From contig OZ024745.1 of NCBI GenBank assembly GCA_964016885.1, forward strand, positions 134,044,001-134,108,000: a stretch of 64,000 nt of DNA, written 5' to 3'. The position numbers and the translations under genes are program-made. The DNA comes from Eledone cirrhosa (Eukaryota). Below are positions 13,854-25,879 of this stretch, piece by piece (within the stretch, counting starts at the first letter, position 1; each line of letters opens with the position of its first letter). Under the pieces are notes generated by a model that worked only from the letters and a program-made list of their open reading frames with translations, was not told where the DNA came from and did not search any database.

Positions 13854-14299
13854 CTCTATATCTCTATATCTATCCCTATCTACCTATCTCTCTCCTCCTC
13901 GCCCCCCCCCCCATTTCTCTCTTTATATGTGCAATTTAAGACAATAAACCGTGCATCATTTTCCCCCTTTCCTATATTTGATCTTTCTATTTTAATAAAC
14001 TTGCTAACATCACTGACGAGATCTAATAAGATCGAAACATATCGCTTGCTTTCCCAAGTTGGTTTATACACATGATCCACAGCCACTGCATGGCCTTAAA
14101 TGTTTCCAAAAGACTTGGACCAGCCTTTGTTTGTGTCTTATCTGAACACGCCTAAAAAGGTTTCGGTCTTGAATTTGTTGGTATAATTTCAGTTCATTGA
14201 AGTTTTGTGTGCCCCACTATATTCAAACAATGTGACACTATCTGTGCGTGTGCATGTGTATATCTATATGTGCATGTATATATGTGTATGAGTATGTGT

Positions 14300-14560
14300 G
14301 TGGTCTAGTAGTTAGCGGGTTTGGCTCAGGATTGTAAGACAGTGAGTTCGATTCCCGGTGATGCCTTGTGTTTTAAACAAGTCACCTTGATCTAGGTCTT
14401 TAGGCTGCTCCACTCAGCTGGCAAAATTGATTGTACTTATGTCACTCGCTGTGTCACACAGAATCTCCCTGAGAACTGCGTTAAACGTGCGCGTATCCGT
14501 AGAATGCTCAGCCACTTGGAAGTTAATGTCACGTCTGCTCCGTTGAACGAACAATGTATC
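14300..14560 (+). mobile_element. Diverged tRNA-derived SINE (OR-like second family)
   Basis: TGGTCTAGTAGTTAG A-box, GAGTTCGATTCCC B-box, followed by a CCACTCAGCTG core. Confidence 0.65.
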
Positions 14561-14637
14561 ACTCATCGTCAGCACCAACAGAGTTCCAGTATGTGTATGT
14601 GTATGTGTGTGTATGTGTATGTGTGTGAGAGAGAGTA

Positions 14638-14680
<43 letters not shown>

Positions 14681-15149
14681 GAGAGTATGAGTGTGAGTGT
14701 GAGTGTGAGTGTGTGTGTGTGTATGTGTGTGTATCACATATTAGTGATATGTAACAATTTACCAAAAAAAAAAAGAACCAAATTATTGAATCTGCTAAAA
14801 TGTCATTGGTTAGATTTCTTAAATCAAGATTCATATTTTTATATATTTTCTGATATTTGAAAGTAGCATCAGTTAATTTAATAGGATGCCTGTATGTGGT
14901 TGCTTTAGGTACAATGGAATTGGTACCGTGGAGTAAACAGTCCTTATAATTTAAGTAGATAGCATTTAATACAAAAAGAAATTGATTAGATCGTGGAATG
15001 AAGGATGCTCAAAATAATCATATGTTGATTTCCATCCTACTTTTAAATAGGAATTCTTTATAATGTTCAGGTGAAAGTGGAATGGGAGCCATAAAGTGAG
15101 GTGAGATTCTATCAATATGAGAAAGACTTGAACACTACCAATAAACAGG

Positions 15150-16720
15150 AGAAACAAGAAAATATGAATTCAGAAGGTGGTCATTTATTTATTGTAAAGG
15201 GGAACATCTACTGAGAATAATGGCGCTGATATTTAGAAATGTAGGTTATTCGATATCAGGAATTACCATCTCTTTCATTTCTGAACCACCAATCTAAAGT
15301 CTGGAGAAATTCCATTACATTCTGAGATCATTGAAGAGTCCAAGAAAGACGCCTGAATTCTCCGAGTAGACGAGTGAGGCAGAGTCATGGCTTAAATATA
15401 TGAACACTATCCTGCCCCATGTGACATCTGTTGGTCTGCACATCTCCATTGAGGACAGTTAAATCTCTTTAAAGGATGGTTAGTAACTTTTCCACAGATG
15501 TATTCGCCTTCCCTGTAACCTACGAAGTGCTCCTCTGTACTAGATTAGCAGGTCCTTACAGCTCCCATTCAGTGGTCTTACTGAGAAATTTATAATAGCA
15601 GGAACGGGAGGATTTCTGCAGTACATGGCCCCAGGGAGCAAAATATGTCATTAGTTGGAATTAATGAGAACAGACAGAACATGGAGACGGAGAAAGTGAC
15701 GCCGTCAGGAAAAATCACGCTTAAGACAAAATTAACTGGCGCGCATCATGTCAACATGCAGAGCGAAATTTGGATATTTCACAAAGTTAAAAAGACCCAA
15801 CACAAGGAAAGTTACCATCTCATCCAGTAGGGGGCCCGGGAAATTGTAGATTGGCTTATGGGGTGCGGGTGAGGTGGGAGGCTGTATCGCAACAAATGAA
15901 CAATTGGTCTAACATCGTGCAAACAGATTTCCACCGTGCTTGTGTCCATGTCTACGATTCTCTACGATTCCCCACCATTCTAATCGTCACTCATCATGCA
16001 AGAACCCGATGCCTTTCCCGCTTTATTCTGGAAGAACATCTTCAGCAACTTTTGAAAGTGTCTTAGGGAGGGCAGGTATCATTAATACATGACAAGCTGC
16101 TTACAGCAATTGCCTGGAGAATAGCTACTGTCATCGATAACAGCAAATGCTATCGTACACTGAATAAATCGATTACCTTTGTCAAAGCTGGAGAGAAACC
16201 TTGTCCCATAACCCAAAAAAAAAAACGGTTTCCTCTCTACACCGCTGCTGACTTGTCGATGAGGGCAAACAGTTAAAGTTTCCACAATACAGTGTATCAA
16301 CGTTACTCTCGCTAGTCACGATTATCTGCGGCGATAAAACAATTGATGATGCTGGAAGTCAGTGCTCTGAGAAAATTACATGTAAAACACCAACAAAATC
16401 ACAGAAACTAGAAGAAAAGTGCCGCCAGCACAGAGATTGGAAGATGTACTGTGAGCCTTTTGATGTCGATTGGTGTGGGCTTTCAGGATACTTACTCTGC
16501 AAGACCAAACTATTGGACTTTACAGAAGAAGCAAAGAATCAATTCAATCTGAGTGTGAGGTTGCAAAGAAAGACACTAGGTGGTGGAGCATTGGATTAAA
16601 TCGGCTGATCCGTGGGTGATTTCTGCTGTGATTCAAACCGAGAACTGAACAACCACGACAGGGTTGAAAGATCAGAAACACACAATGACCCCAGGTCACA
16701 TCACTGATTATGTGTCTCAC
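15150..16720 (+). mobile_element. Decayed HERO/NeSL-type non-LTR element 3' part
   Basis: Remnants resembling LQLPFSGLTEKF, W..Y..ILP and CEP..VG..GF, and 3' UTR GACCCCAGGTCACATCACTGATTATGTGTC recalled from HERO elements; many stops. Confidence 0.65.
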
Positions 16721-16779
16721 ACAATCTTTGAAATACCAATAGTATTAATAACATGAGCATCTCCCGCACTACATCTCGT

Positions 16780-17362
16780 AAATAATTGTTTCTACAATAG
16801 GCACAAGGCCAGCAATTATCCCAGTGTATTACTGGTACTTTATTTTATCGACCCTCGTTAGGATGAAAGGAAAAGTTAACCTCGACGGGATTTGAACTCA
16901 GAATGGCAAGGGCCGTAACTCTGTGCGTCAAAGCATGGCGTCCGACCCTCTACCGATACTGCCGAGGTCCTAAATAATTGTTTCTGCTTTTGGCACAAGG
17001 GCAGCAATTACCGAGTGTATTACTGGTACTTTATTTTATCGACCCCGTAAGGATGAAAGGCAAAGTTAACCTCGGCGGGATTTGAACTCATAATGGCAAA
17101 GGCCATAACTCTATGCTGCAAAGCATGGTGTCCGACTCTCTACTGATACTGCCAATCCACTGCCCCCTAAATAATTGTTTCTACTTTTGGCACAAGGCCA
17201 GCAATTACCCAGTGCATTACTGGTACTTTATTTCATCGACGCCGTAAGGATGAAAGGTAAAGTTGACCTCGACGGGATTTGAACTCAGATCGTAAAGGGA
17301 CGTAACTATGCTGGAAAGCATGGCGTCCGACTCTCTACCGATACTGCCAATTCACCACCCCC
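16780..17362 (-). mobile_element. Three head-to-tail OK-like SINE copies
   Basis: Units at about 16782-16965, 16972-17166 and 17168-17361, joined by CCTAAATAATT. Confidence 0.9.
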
Positions 17363-17613
17363 TAAATAAAGTTTGACAACCATACGCGATAATCATATTT
17401 TACCAATTTCAAAATTGAACCAAAGAATTCAAGGTAGAGCAGTCGTTAAATATATTTCAGATATAAATGAAACCTTCTTACCAAACTGAGACAAAGTACG
17501 CCGTGTATTTGATGTCCGATAACATCATGGAATTACATTTCAGGCATCCAGAATATAAAATGCGACTATGGTCTCAAGTTGATTAACTAAAACTTGTAAA
17601 TTTGGATGATCTA

Positions 17614-17693
<80 letters not shown>

Positions 17694-18518
17694 AGTAAAT
17701 TGGAAAAATCTCTATTTATAGAAAAATATCCAATGGGTAGCAGCTATATATTGCACGCAGTGTATATATATATAATGGAGAGATATGTAATTTCTATATG
17801 AAGACCAATACTCTTTGACCCGCAGGAAATAATCGATAAACCATTTCGTATCTATCCTATTCCATGTTGCTCGTTTATTAACTTCCAGACATGGAAAGAT
17901 ACTGCGGCAATTTCTTTAGATGAAGTATCGACGTTGATTTATTAAGATAGATAGGTATTTTTCACAAGTTGCAACCGCGTGTTAGACTCTTTGGATAATG
18001 TAGTATTTAGATCTAGTGTGGTTACAAAATTCAAAATATCAATTTGACAAAGATTTGTGCAAAATATTGGCATTTCTCCTCTCAGGCTATTAATAAACAT
18101 TTTAATGAGTGATGAATGCTCTTTTCTTTCTTGAAAGGCTCGGAAAATGGCCAAGTTCCTTTCAAAACTTCATTTAAGCTACAAATATCGATATAAATGT
18201 CAGAATCAAAGCTAAAGAAATGTTTGAACACTGGTCAAGAATATATAGAGAAAATATACTGAGAAAATATAAAGAAAACATATATCTTGAACTGCTTGGT
18301 CTTTTATTGGAGACTTTTATTTCTTACCAATCTGATGAAACATGATTTTCAAAAATAAGCGTCATGGTTAATTTTTACAATGTATTGTTTTCACTTGTAT
18401 CATGCACAATTAAGATAAGCATAACTAGCCAGATCAATAAAATGGCGAGCTACCATCTAAGGAATCTTCCGACTACTCTATCTCTTATACTTAGTCCTGA
18501 AAAGCTTTTATACCACTC

Positions 18519-18908
18519 AGTGGATTGGCAGTATCAGTAGAGGTTCGGACGCCATGCTTTCTAGCATAGAGTTACGTCCCTTTACGGACTGGGTTCAAAT
18601 CCCTCCAAGGTTAACTTTGCCTTTCATCCTTACGGGGTCGATAAAATAAAGTACCAGTAATGTACTGGGTAATTGCTGGCCTTGTGTCAAAAGTAGAAAC
18701 AATTATATAAAAACAATTGGCCGGTGGATTTGCAGTATCGGTAGAGGCTCAGACGCCATGCTTTTGCAGAGTTACGGCCCTTTATGGTCTGAGTCCAAAT
18801 CCCACCAAGGTTAACTTTGCCTTTCATCCTTACGGGGTCGATAAAATAAAGTACCAGTAATGTGCTGGAATAATAGCTGGCCTGTGCCAAAAGTAGAAAC
18901 AATTATAT
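18519..18908 (+). mobile_element. Two tandem OK-like SINE copies
   Basis: Units at about 18519-18706 and 18721-18906. Confidence 0.9.
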
Positions 18909-19057
18909 AAAAGCAAATATATAAGGTATAATTTATCAATGTATACAGTAAGGATATGTTTTTTATTCACTGATAATCTCATTGCTTTTCGTTTTGAGTT
19001 CCAAGTTACATGTAGTACAATTTTTTTAACAGCTACAACTCCGTCTTAGACCTTTTG

Positions 19058-19987
19058 GATAATATAGTATTTATATAATATAGTATTTATATAATATAGT
19101 ATTTATATAATATAGTATTTATATAATATAGTATTTATATAATATAGTATTTATATAATATAGTATTTATATAATATAGTATTTATATAATATAGTATTT
19201 ATATAATATAGTATTTAGATAATATAGTATTTAGATAATATAGTATTTATATAATATAGTATTTAGAAATATAGTATTTAGATAATATAGTATTTAGATA
19301 ATATAGAATTTAGATAATATAGTATTTAGATAATATAGTATTTAGATAATATAGTATTTAGATAACATAGTATTTAGATAATATAGTATTTAGATAACAT
19401 AGTATTTAGATAATATGGTATTTAGATAATATAGTATTTATATAACATAGTATTTATTTAATATAGTATTTAGATAATATAGTATTTAGATAATATAGTA
19501 TTTATATAACATAGTATTTAGATAATATAGTATTTAGATAATATAGTATTTAGATAATATAGTATTTATATAATATAGTATTTATATAACATAGTATTTC
19601 GATAACATAGTATTTAGATAATATAGTATTTAGATAATATAGTATTTATATAATATAGAATTTAGATAATATAGTATTTAGATAATATAGTATTTAGATA
19701 ATATAGTATTTAGATAATATAGTATTTAGATAATATAGTATTTATATAATATAGTATTTATATAACATAGTATTTCGATAACATAGTATTTAGATAATAT
19801 AGTATTTAGATAATATAGTATTTATATAATATAGAATTTAGATAATATAGTATTTAGATAATATAGTATTTATATAATATAGAATTTAGATAATATAGTA
19901 TTTAGATAATATAGTATTTATATAATATAGTATTTATATAACATAGTATTTAGATAATATAGTATTTAGATAATATGGTATTTAGAT
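19058..19987. repeat. 17-bp minisatellite (TA[G/T]ATAA[T/C]ATAGTATTT)n, about 54 units
   Basis: Read directly. Confidence 0.96.
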
Positions 19988-20763
19988 CTAAAGTGGTTAG
20001 TTACGAACTTAGATGAGACTTTGTATATAATAATTGAAAATAATCAATTTTTTATGTGATTTGTAAAGAATTTAAATAATGTAAAGAACTTTTGAGGCAT
20101 GCTGATCCGAACTGTTATAATTCTACTTTATTTCAAAACAATCTGATCAAAACATTGATTCTTCTCAAGTGTGAATTTTTACCAAGATATTTCTTTTTGT
20201 CACTTTTATGTTTTTTTTTAATTTGAATAATACCTCATTTGGATTAGTCCTTGATACATCTTTAGTGGACGTTCACTTCGTGAACTTTATGCCTTTCAGA
20301 AAGGCTTAAACATAAAAACTGTTTCCATTCCATCCTATAAGATTAACACTTTCTATTTATATAGTCCCTATATAAGATTTTTACATTCACGATGAGCATA
20401 TTTTCCAACTTATTCTAAAGTTGCGAGCGTCGTAGTGCAACGATAAATTGACACGTTCAATTCCATTTCCATGTAAAAACAAATAACATTCATTTTACAT
20501 CGCTAACCTCTTCAGAAAGTCATAAAAGTATGACATTCTCCATTATTCTGGCCTGTAGAATTGACTTTTGTGTGTTTATATAAGAAATTATTACAAGAAA
20601 TGTCTTAGTGAAGGCTGTGATATTACAGAAAGTTCTTGTTGAATTAGATATGAGCAATACTGGGTTGCTTATGACAGAAAAAAACATGAAATTAAGACCA
20701 ACCGATCTCCTTTCATTCTACGCCTTAATATTGAAAGAATTCTTTACACACCATTACGACATC

Positions 20764-20805
<42 letters not shown>

Positions 20806-20806
<1 letters not shown>

Positions 20807-20968
20807 GAGGTGCTGAAAAGTTCATGACTTTATAGGTAGAACGGTTACCTTTACAGGTGAGGTAGAACTGGTGCATTAAGTGTGTGAATTTGTTGAATAA
20901 AATCATAATTAACTGATCCTCCTGTATTTTCTTTTACCCAAAGCCACGAACTTTTCACCACCCCCTCG
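20806..20968. mobile_element. Tc1/mariner-type MITE
   Basis: Imperfect TIRs CGAGG-TGCTGAAAAGTTCATGACTTT and AAAGCCACGAACTTTTCACCACCCCCTCG, in a TA context. Confidence 0.72.
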
Positions 20969-20970
20969 TT

Positions 20971-21058
<88 letters not shown>

Positions 21059-21082
21059 TATATATATGTGTGTGTGTATATA

Positions 21083-21163
<81 letters not shown>

Positions 21164-21258
21164 ATAAATGTGAAGACTAACATCCAAAGAGAGCTCGATA
21201 AGGATCCCGTTAAGGGTGAAAGCAGCGATTCTTTGCTTAAACTTTAACCTGTTATTTA

Positions 21259-21299
<41 letters not shown>

Positions 21300-21300
<1 letters not shown>

Positions 21301-21900
21301 TAGCTGTTTAACCCGGTTTTACCCGGGAGATTTGGTTCACTGATAAGAATTCAACTTCTTTTCTCAACCAAGAAACCAACAAAAATCTCAAAAAGGGAAC
21401 ACGAAAAACAAAAAATATTCAGAATAACAAACCGAAATCCTAATAAATTTACTGTCAAATAAGGTTGAAAACAGAAATATGATTTTGAAGTGAAAAACGA
21501 ACCACCGGAATGCCACCGTTAAATAAATTAATGAAATGCAAAGTATATTTTATTAATTTGAATGTGTTGTTTATGCAGTAGAAGTCTGCTTAGAACGCGC
21601 AAAACATCAAATCTCGTAATCGAGCGTTCACGATACTGACGTGACGTCAGTTCAATTTGAATGGGAAATTCCTGTTTCATCGATTTTCTCCGTAACCATA
21701 GAAGCTTGTAGCTTGAAAGTCGACCCAACGTTTCCTCGGGTCATTCTGCATAACTGTGTAAATTTTCGCTGCATTCCACCAAGCCATTTCGACGTTTATC
21801 CGACTACACCTACATATACCACGTCCAACCACTTAACCCAGAGCCACTTAAAATAAGCTACTCAACACTAAAAACCTTCACCAACACCCTAATATCCGTT
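21300..21900 (+). mobile_element. Helentron/DINE-like non-autonomous rolling-circle element (partial)
   Basis: Begins CTAGC...ACCCGGTTTTACCCGGG subterminal hairpin; later GTGTAAATTTTC..CATTCC..AGCCATTTCG block recalled from DINE-like elements. Right boundary uncertain. Confidence 0.5.
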
Positions 21901-21944
21901 AATAAAAGGATAATGCATAATCGTAACCACTGGTACACAATGAG

Positions 21945-22225
21945 GAGGCGAGTGGCCTAGTGGTAAGGGCGTTGGACTTACGGTCATAATGTCGTGGGTT
22001 CAATTCCTGGATTGGGTTGCATGTTGTATTCTTAAACAAAACACTTCATTTCACATTGCTTCAGTATGATCAGCTGAAAATGAGCAGCAGCAATAGCTGG
22101 AGATTTAACCCAGTGATGGACTGACGTCCTATCCAGTGGGGAGTCTGGTACTCTCAGTGGCTTCAGCCATGAAACCGGAATAAGCACCATCCTCACGAAT
22201 CTTCTGGTTTGAGAAAGACTTTAAA
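21945..22225 (+). mobile_element. tRNA-derived SINE (second family)
   Basis: GGAGGCGAGTGGCCTAGTGGTAAG A-box, GGTTCAATTCCT B-box; homologous to 42466-42690. Confidence 0.82.
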
Positions 22226-22759
22226 CTGGTAGACAACCAATAGAACAGGAATAATTGCCAGTCCCAGGGCGTACACTTACTCGAGCTGTTTTGAAATATC
22301 AGTTATATTAGGTCATTAAGTGTGGAATGTCCGATTTCCTTAAACACTTTCAATTCCAAATTGAACATTTCATACTCAATGACCTGATACGGCCAGCAAT
22401 GACCAGCAACCGCTACATCTGACATTAGTTAGAATGACATTAATTATATAGGTATGACTGCATTGTTACACATTTAAAACTAAGTATGACTGCATTATTA
22501 CACATTTAAAACATTAGCAAGAGGATTCAGCACCGAAATAGAAACATATGTAATCGGCCTTCCAAAACGAGTGATCAGCCAATAATTCAATAATCTATTA
22601 TACAATAGTTCATTTTCAAAACATTCCTACCTGCTTTAATAAATTTACATAGCAATCACGATCACATCTCTTAGTAAATATACAAATACACAAGTGAATA
22701 TATCACAACTAATACAGCGATACATATACACACACACACACACACACGCACACGGAGAA

Positions 22760-22820
<61 letters not shown>

Positions 22821-23027
22821 CACACATAAAGATGTGCGCACAACAACTGTAAACAGCTCAGATAAACATGTTGATACACATACAGACATTCCAGGAGTTC
22901 CGTACACACACACGCACACACACACGCACACACACACACGCACAGTAACTCAATAAATGTAACAGCAGAGAAGATGGAATAAGGACGAAACTAGTATTTG
23001 TAATTTAACAACGAATATCCATCTAAT

Positions 23028-23202
23028 ATTGTTTCTACTTTTGGCACAAGGCCAGCAATTATTCCAGTGTATTACTGGTACTTTATTTTATCGACCCCGG
23101 CAAAGTTAACCTCGGCGAGATTTGAACTCAGACCATAAAGGGACGTAACTCTATGCTGCAAAGCATGGCGTCTGACCCTCTACCGAAACTGCCAATCGAC
23201 AA
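23028..23202 (-). mobile_element. OK-like SINE with small internal deletion
   Basis: Family match. Confidence 0.85.
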
Positions 23203-23774
23203 CCTGCTAATAATGTGTGTGTGTATTTGTATATGTGCAGACATGTGTACTACTAATATATATATATGGCAATATATACACTGAGATACATACATATACA
23301 CTCTCTCTCCCTCCCTCTCCCTCTATATATTCATTTTATTAAGACTCACTATTTAGCCATAATAAGATTAATATTAAAACCCTGTTTCAGTATTGAGTAC
23401 TGCTTTCATTCAGTCGTCAACTACACACGGATATATATATATATATATACAAAATTAAGATAAATTAATCTCCTGTGATTATTCATGTTTATATATATGT
23501 TAATCAATTTCTAGTTATTATATATATATATTAAAATACAAATATTAATAAAATAGATGTTCTTTTGATCAATTAAATTGTATTATACATATTTCAGAGG
23601 TACAACAGTACGTCCTTATCAGACAAAATATAATGATTTTTTTTTTTTTTTTTTTCTTAAGGACTAAAAGGTTAAGTTTCAAAATATTTAATTTATGTTA
23701 TTTACGGATGAAGAATCACTACCTTGATTAAATCTTAACCATTTAACATCTCAAGGTATGTGATGTATCATTAT

Positions 23775-23827
23775 ATTTTGTCTGATGAGGACGTACTGTT
23801 GTACCTCTGAAATATGTATAATAAAAT
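23775..23827 (+). ncRNA. Type-I hammerhead ribozyme (right arm of inverted repeat 23528-23637 / 23767-23876)
   Basis: ATTTTGT-CTGATGA-GGAC-GTAC(TGTT)GTAC-CTCT-GAAA-TATGTA-TA|ATAAAAT. The left-arm copy has CTGATAA. Confidence 0.8.
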
Positions 23828-23966
23828 TTAATTGATCAAAAGAACATCTATTTTATTAATATTTGTATTTTAATATTAATAACTCTGGAAAATATTTTAC
23901 TGTAGAGTGCTTCCAATCTACTGTAAAACTCATTCTTTGATGTACTCATTGAATCTTGTTTAACTC

Positions 23967-24015
<49 letters not shown>

Positions 24016-24057
24016 TTCAAAATATTAATAAATATAGGCATTCAACGTAATCAAAAT

Positions 24058-24126
24058 ATATTTTATTATATATATTTCGGAGGTACTGTGCTGTTTTTTT
24101 CAGTACGTCCTCATCAGATAAAATAT
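24058..24126 (-). ncRNA. Type-I hammerhead ribozyme (left arm of ~350-bp palindrome 24008-24359)
   Basis: Minus strand: ATATTTTAT-CTGATGA-GGA-C-GTACTG(...)CAGTAC-C-TCC-GAAA-TATATA-TA|ATAAAATAT; 9-bp perfect stem I. The right-arm copy has CAGATGA. Confidence 0.88.
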
Positions 24127-25169
24127 CTGATGTATGGCATACCTCAACTGTGCTGATGGTTCAACCAGTCTCGGCAGTACTGGAGTTGCCAAGATCGGAA
24201 TTGAACCATCAGCACAGTTGAGGTATGTCATACATCAATTTATATATTTGATCAGATGAGGACGTACTGAAAAAACAGCACAGTACCTCCGAAATATATA
24301 TAATAAAAATATTTTGATTACGTTGAATGTCTATATTTATCAATATTTTGAATTAATATTAATAACTCCAGAAAACTTCAATGTTGAGTGCTTCTAATCT
24401 ATTGTAAAACTATATTCATTGATTAATCAATGAACCTTGTTTAACTTTTTGGTTATATATATATGTGACCCGGTTATATATATATATATATGTGACCCGG
24501 CGGCTATTAGGGCAAGACGTGTTTTCTTGGGCTCTGCTAGAGTCAGCAGCAACACACAACCACGTGTTGCTACATACAAGGAAATAAAAAAAATAAAAAA
24601 TGATTAGACCAATAGAGATATGTACATTTATATCTAAATATTGTTATTATAATTTACATTGTCCCTCTGTGTTTAATGTAAAAACATGTTCATTAGTATA
24701 TGTGTTGTTATTTCTGTTTACATTTTACATACATATATATATCAATGCTTACGTGGACCTCTCAAAATTCGTTGGATTTTCTAATTGGATTTTCACCCCG
24801 AAACTGGATACTAACCCTGAGTACACCTGAACTTCCACCAGGAAATCTTTCGTATCATTGAAATTTTCTTTGATTCTTATATATTATATATATATATACT
24901 TGTCCGCCATTGCAAAAGGCCATAAATTCAAAATTTTGAAGAGAGAGGAAAAGAGAACTTGTACATCTCACTGACCCCCACCACCACAATAACAATAACG
25001 TCTACACTCGCTCCCCACCATCACCATATTACTCATTACTCTATCTAAGGTGGCTGACCTGTTGACTGTTGACATACTGCTAACTCTGTTGATGTATGTA
25101 TGTGTATATACATATATATATGTGTGTGTATGTGTGTGTATATGTATATCTCAGTGGATGCGACCAGAT

Positions 25170-25373
25170 TTCAACACAGCAACAACTACAACTACAACAA
25201 CAACAACAGTGACACCAACAACAACAACAACAGCGACAACACCATTGTCTGTGTTGAATGTGTGTGTATGTATGTATTTATATATATGCGACTACAATAA
25301 CAGCATCAACACCATTGTCTGCAGCATCAGTGAAATGAAGAACAACAACGGCAGCAGGAGCAGCAGCAGCAGC

Positions 25374-25428
<55 letters not shown>

Positions 25429-25550
25429 GCAGCAGCAGCAACTACAATAACAACTACAGCAACAACAACTGCCACCACCATCATTGACCATCCACCACCG
25501 CCACCATCACCATACTGACACCATTCACCACCACCACCACCATTACCAGC
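25170..25550. repeat. Compound (CAA)n/(CAG)n/(CAC)n trinucleotide tract
   Basis: Read directly; flanked by TG/TA repeats, no exon evidence. Confidence 0.85.
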
Positions 25551-25654
25551 GTAAAGCAAACAATTATTATTATTATTATATAAAAACTGAACTGGACTGG
25601 GAAAAGTCAACAGTTGACATGATTTTGATTTTGTATTTGTATCAGTACTGCCGG

Positions 25655-25710
<56 letters not shown>

Positions 25711-25879
25711 TTGTGAGTGGTGTGTGTGTTTGTATACATGAATGAGTGTTGGTATGTGAGTGGCGTTTGTGTGTTTGTGGTTTGTATGCATGAGTGTCGG
25801 TGTGTGAGTGTGTGTGTGTCGTGTCAATAAGTTTTTGTTTTTTTTAATGACCAAGCTGTAAAATGGAGGGGTAGAGAGG

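Noticed and set aside
21945-22010. tRNA genes (also 14300, 42466 and OK-like heads)
   Set aside because: A/B boxes are followed by SINE bodies and there is no intact cloverleaf or acceptor stem.
24817-24857. CTGAGTA...GAAA hammerhead-like match
   Set aside because: The core does not fit CTGANGA and the stems are out of register.
25050-25739. Poly-T/N/H ORFs as a transcription-factor exon
   Set aside because: They are trinucleotide microsatellites interleaved with TG/TA repeats, with no domain or splice evidence.
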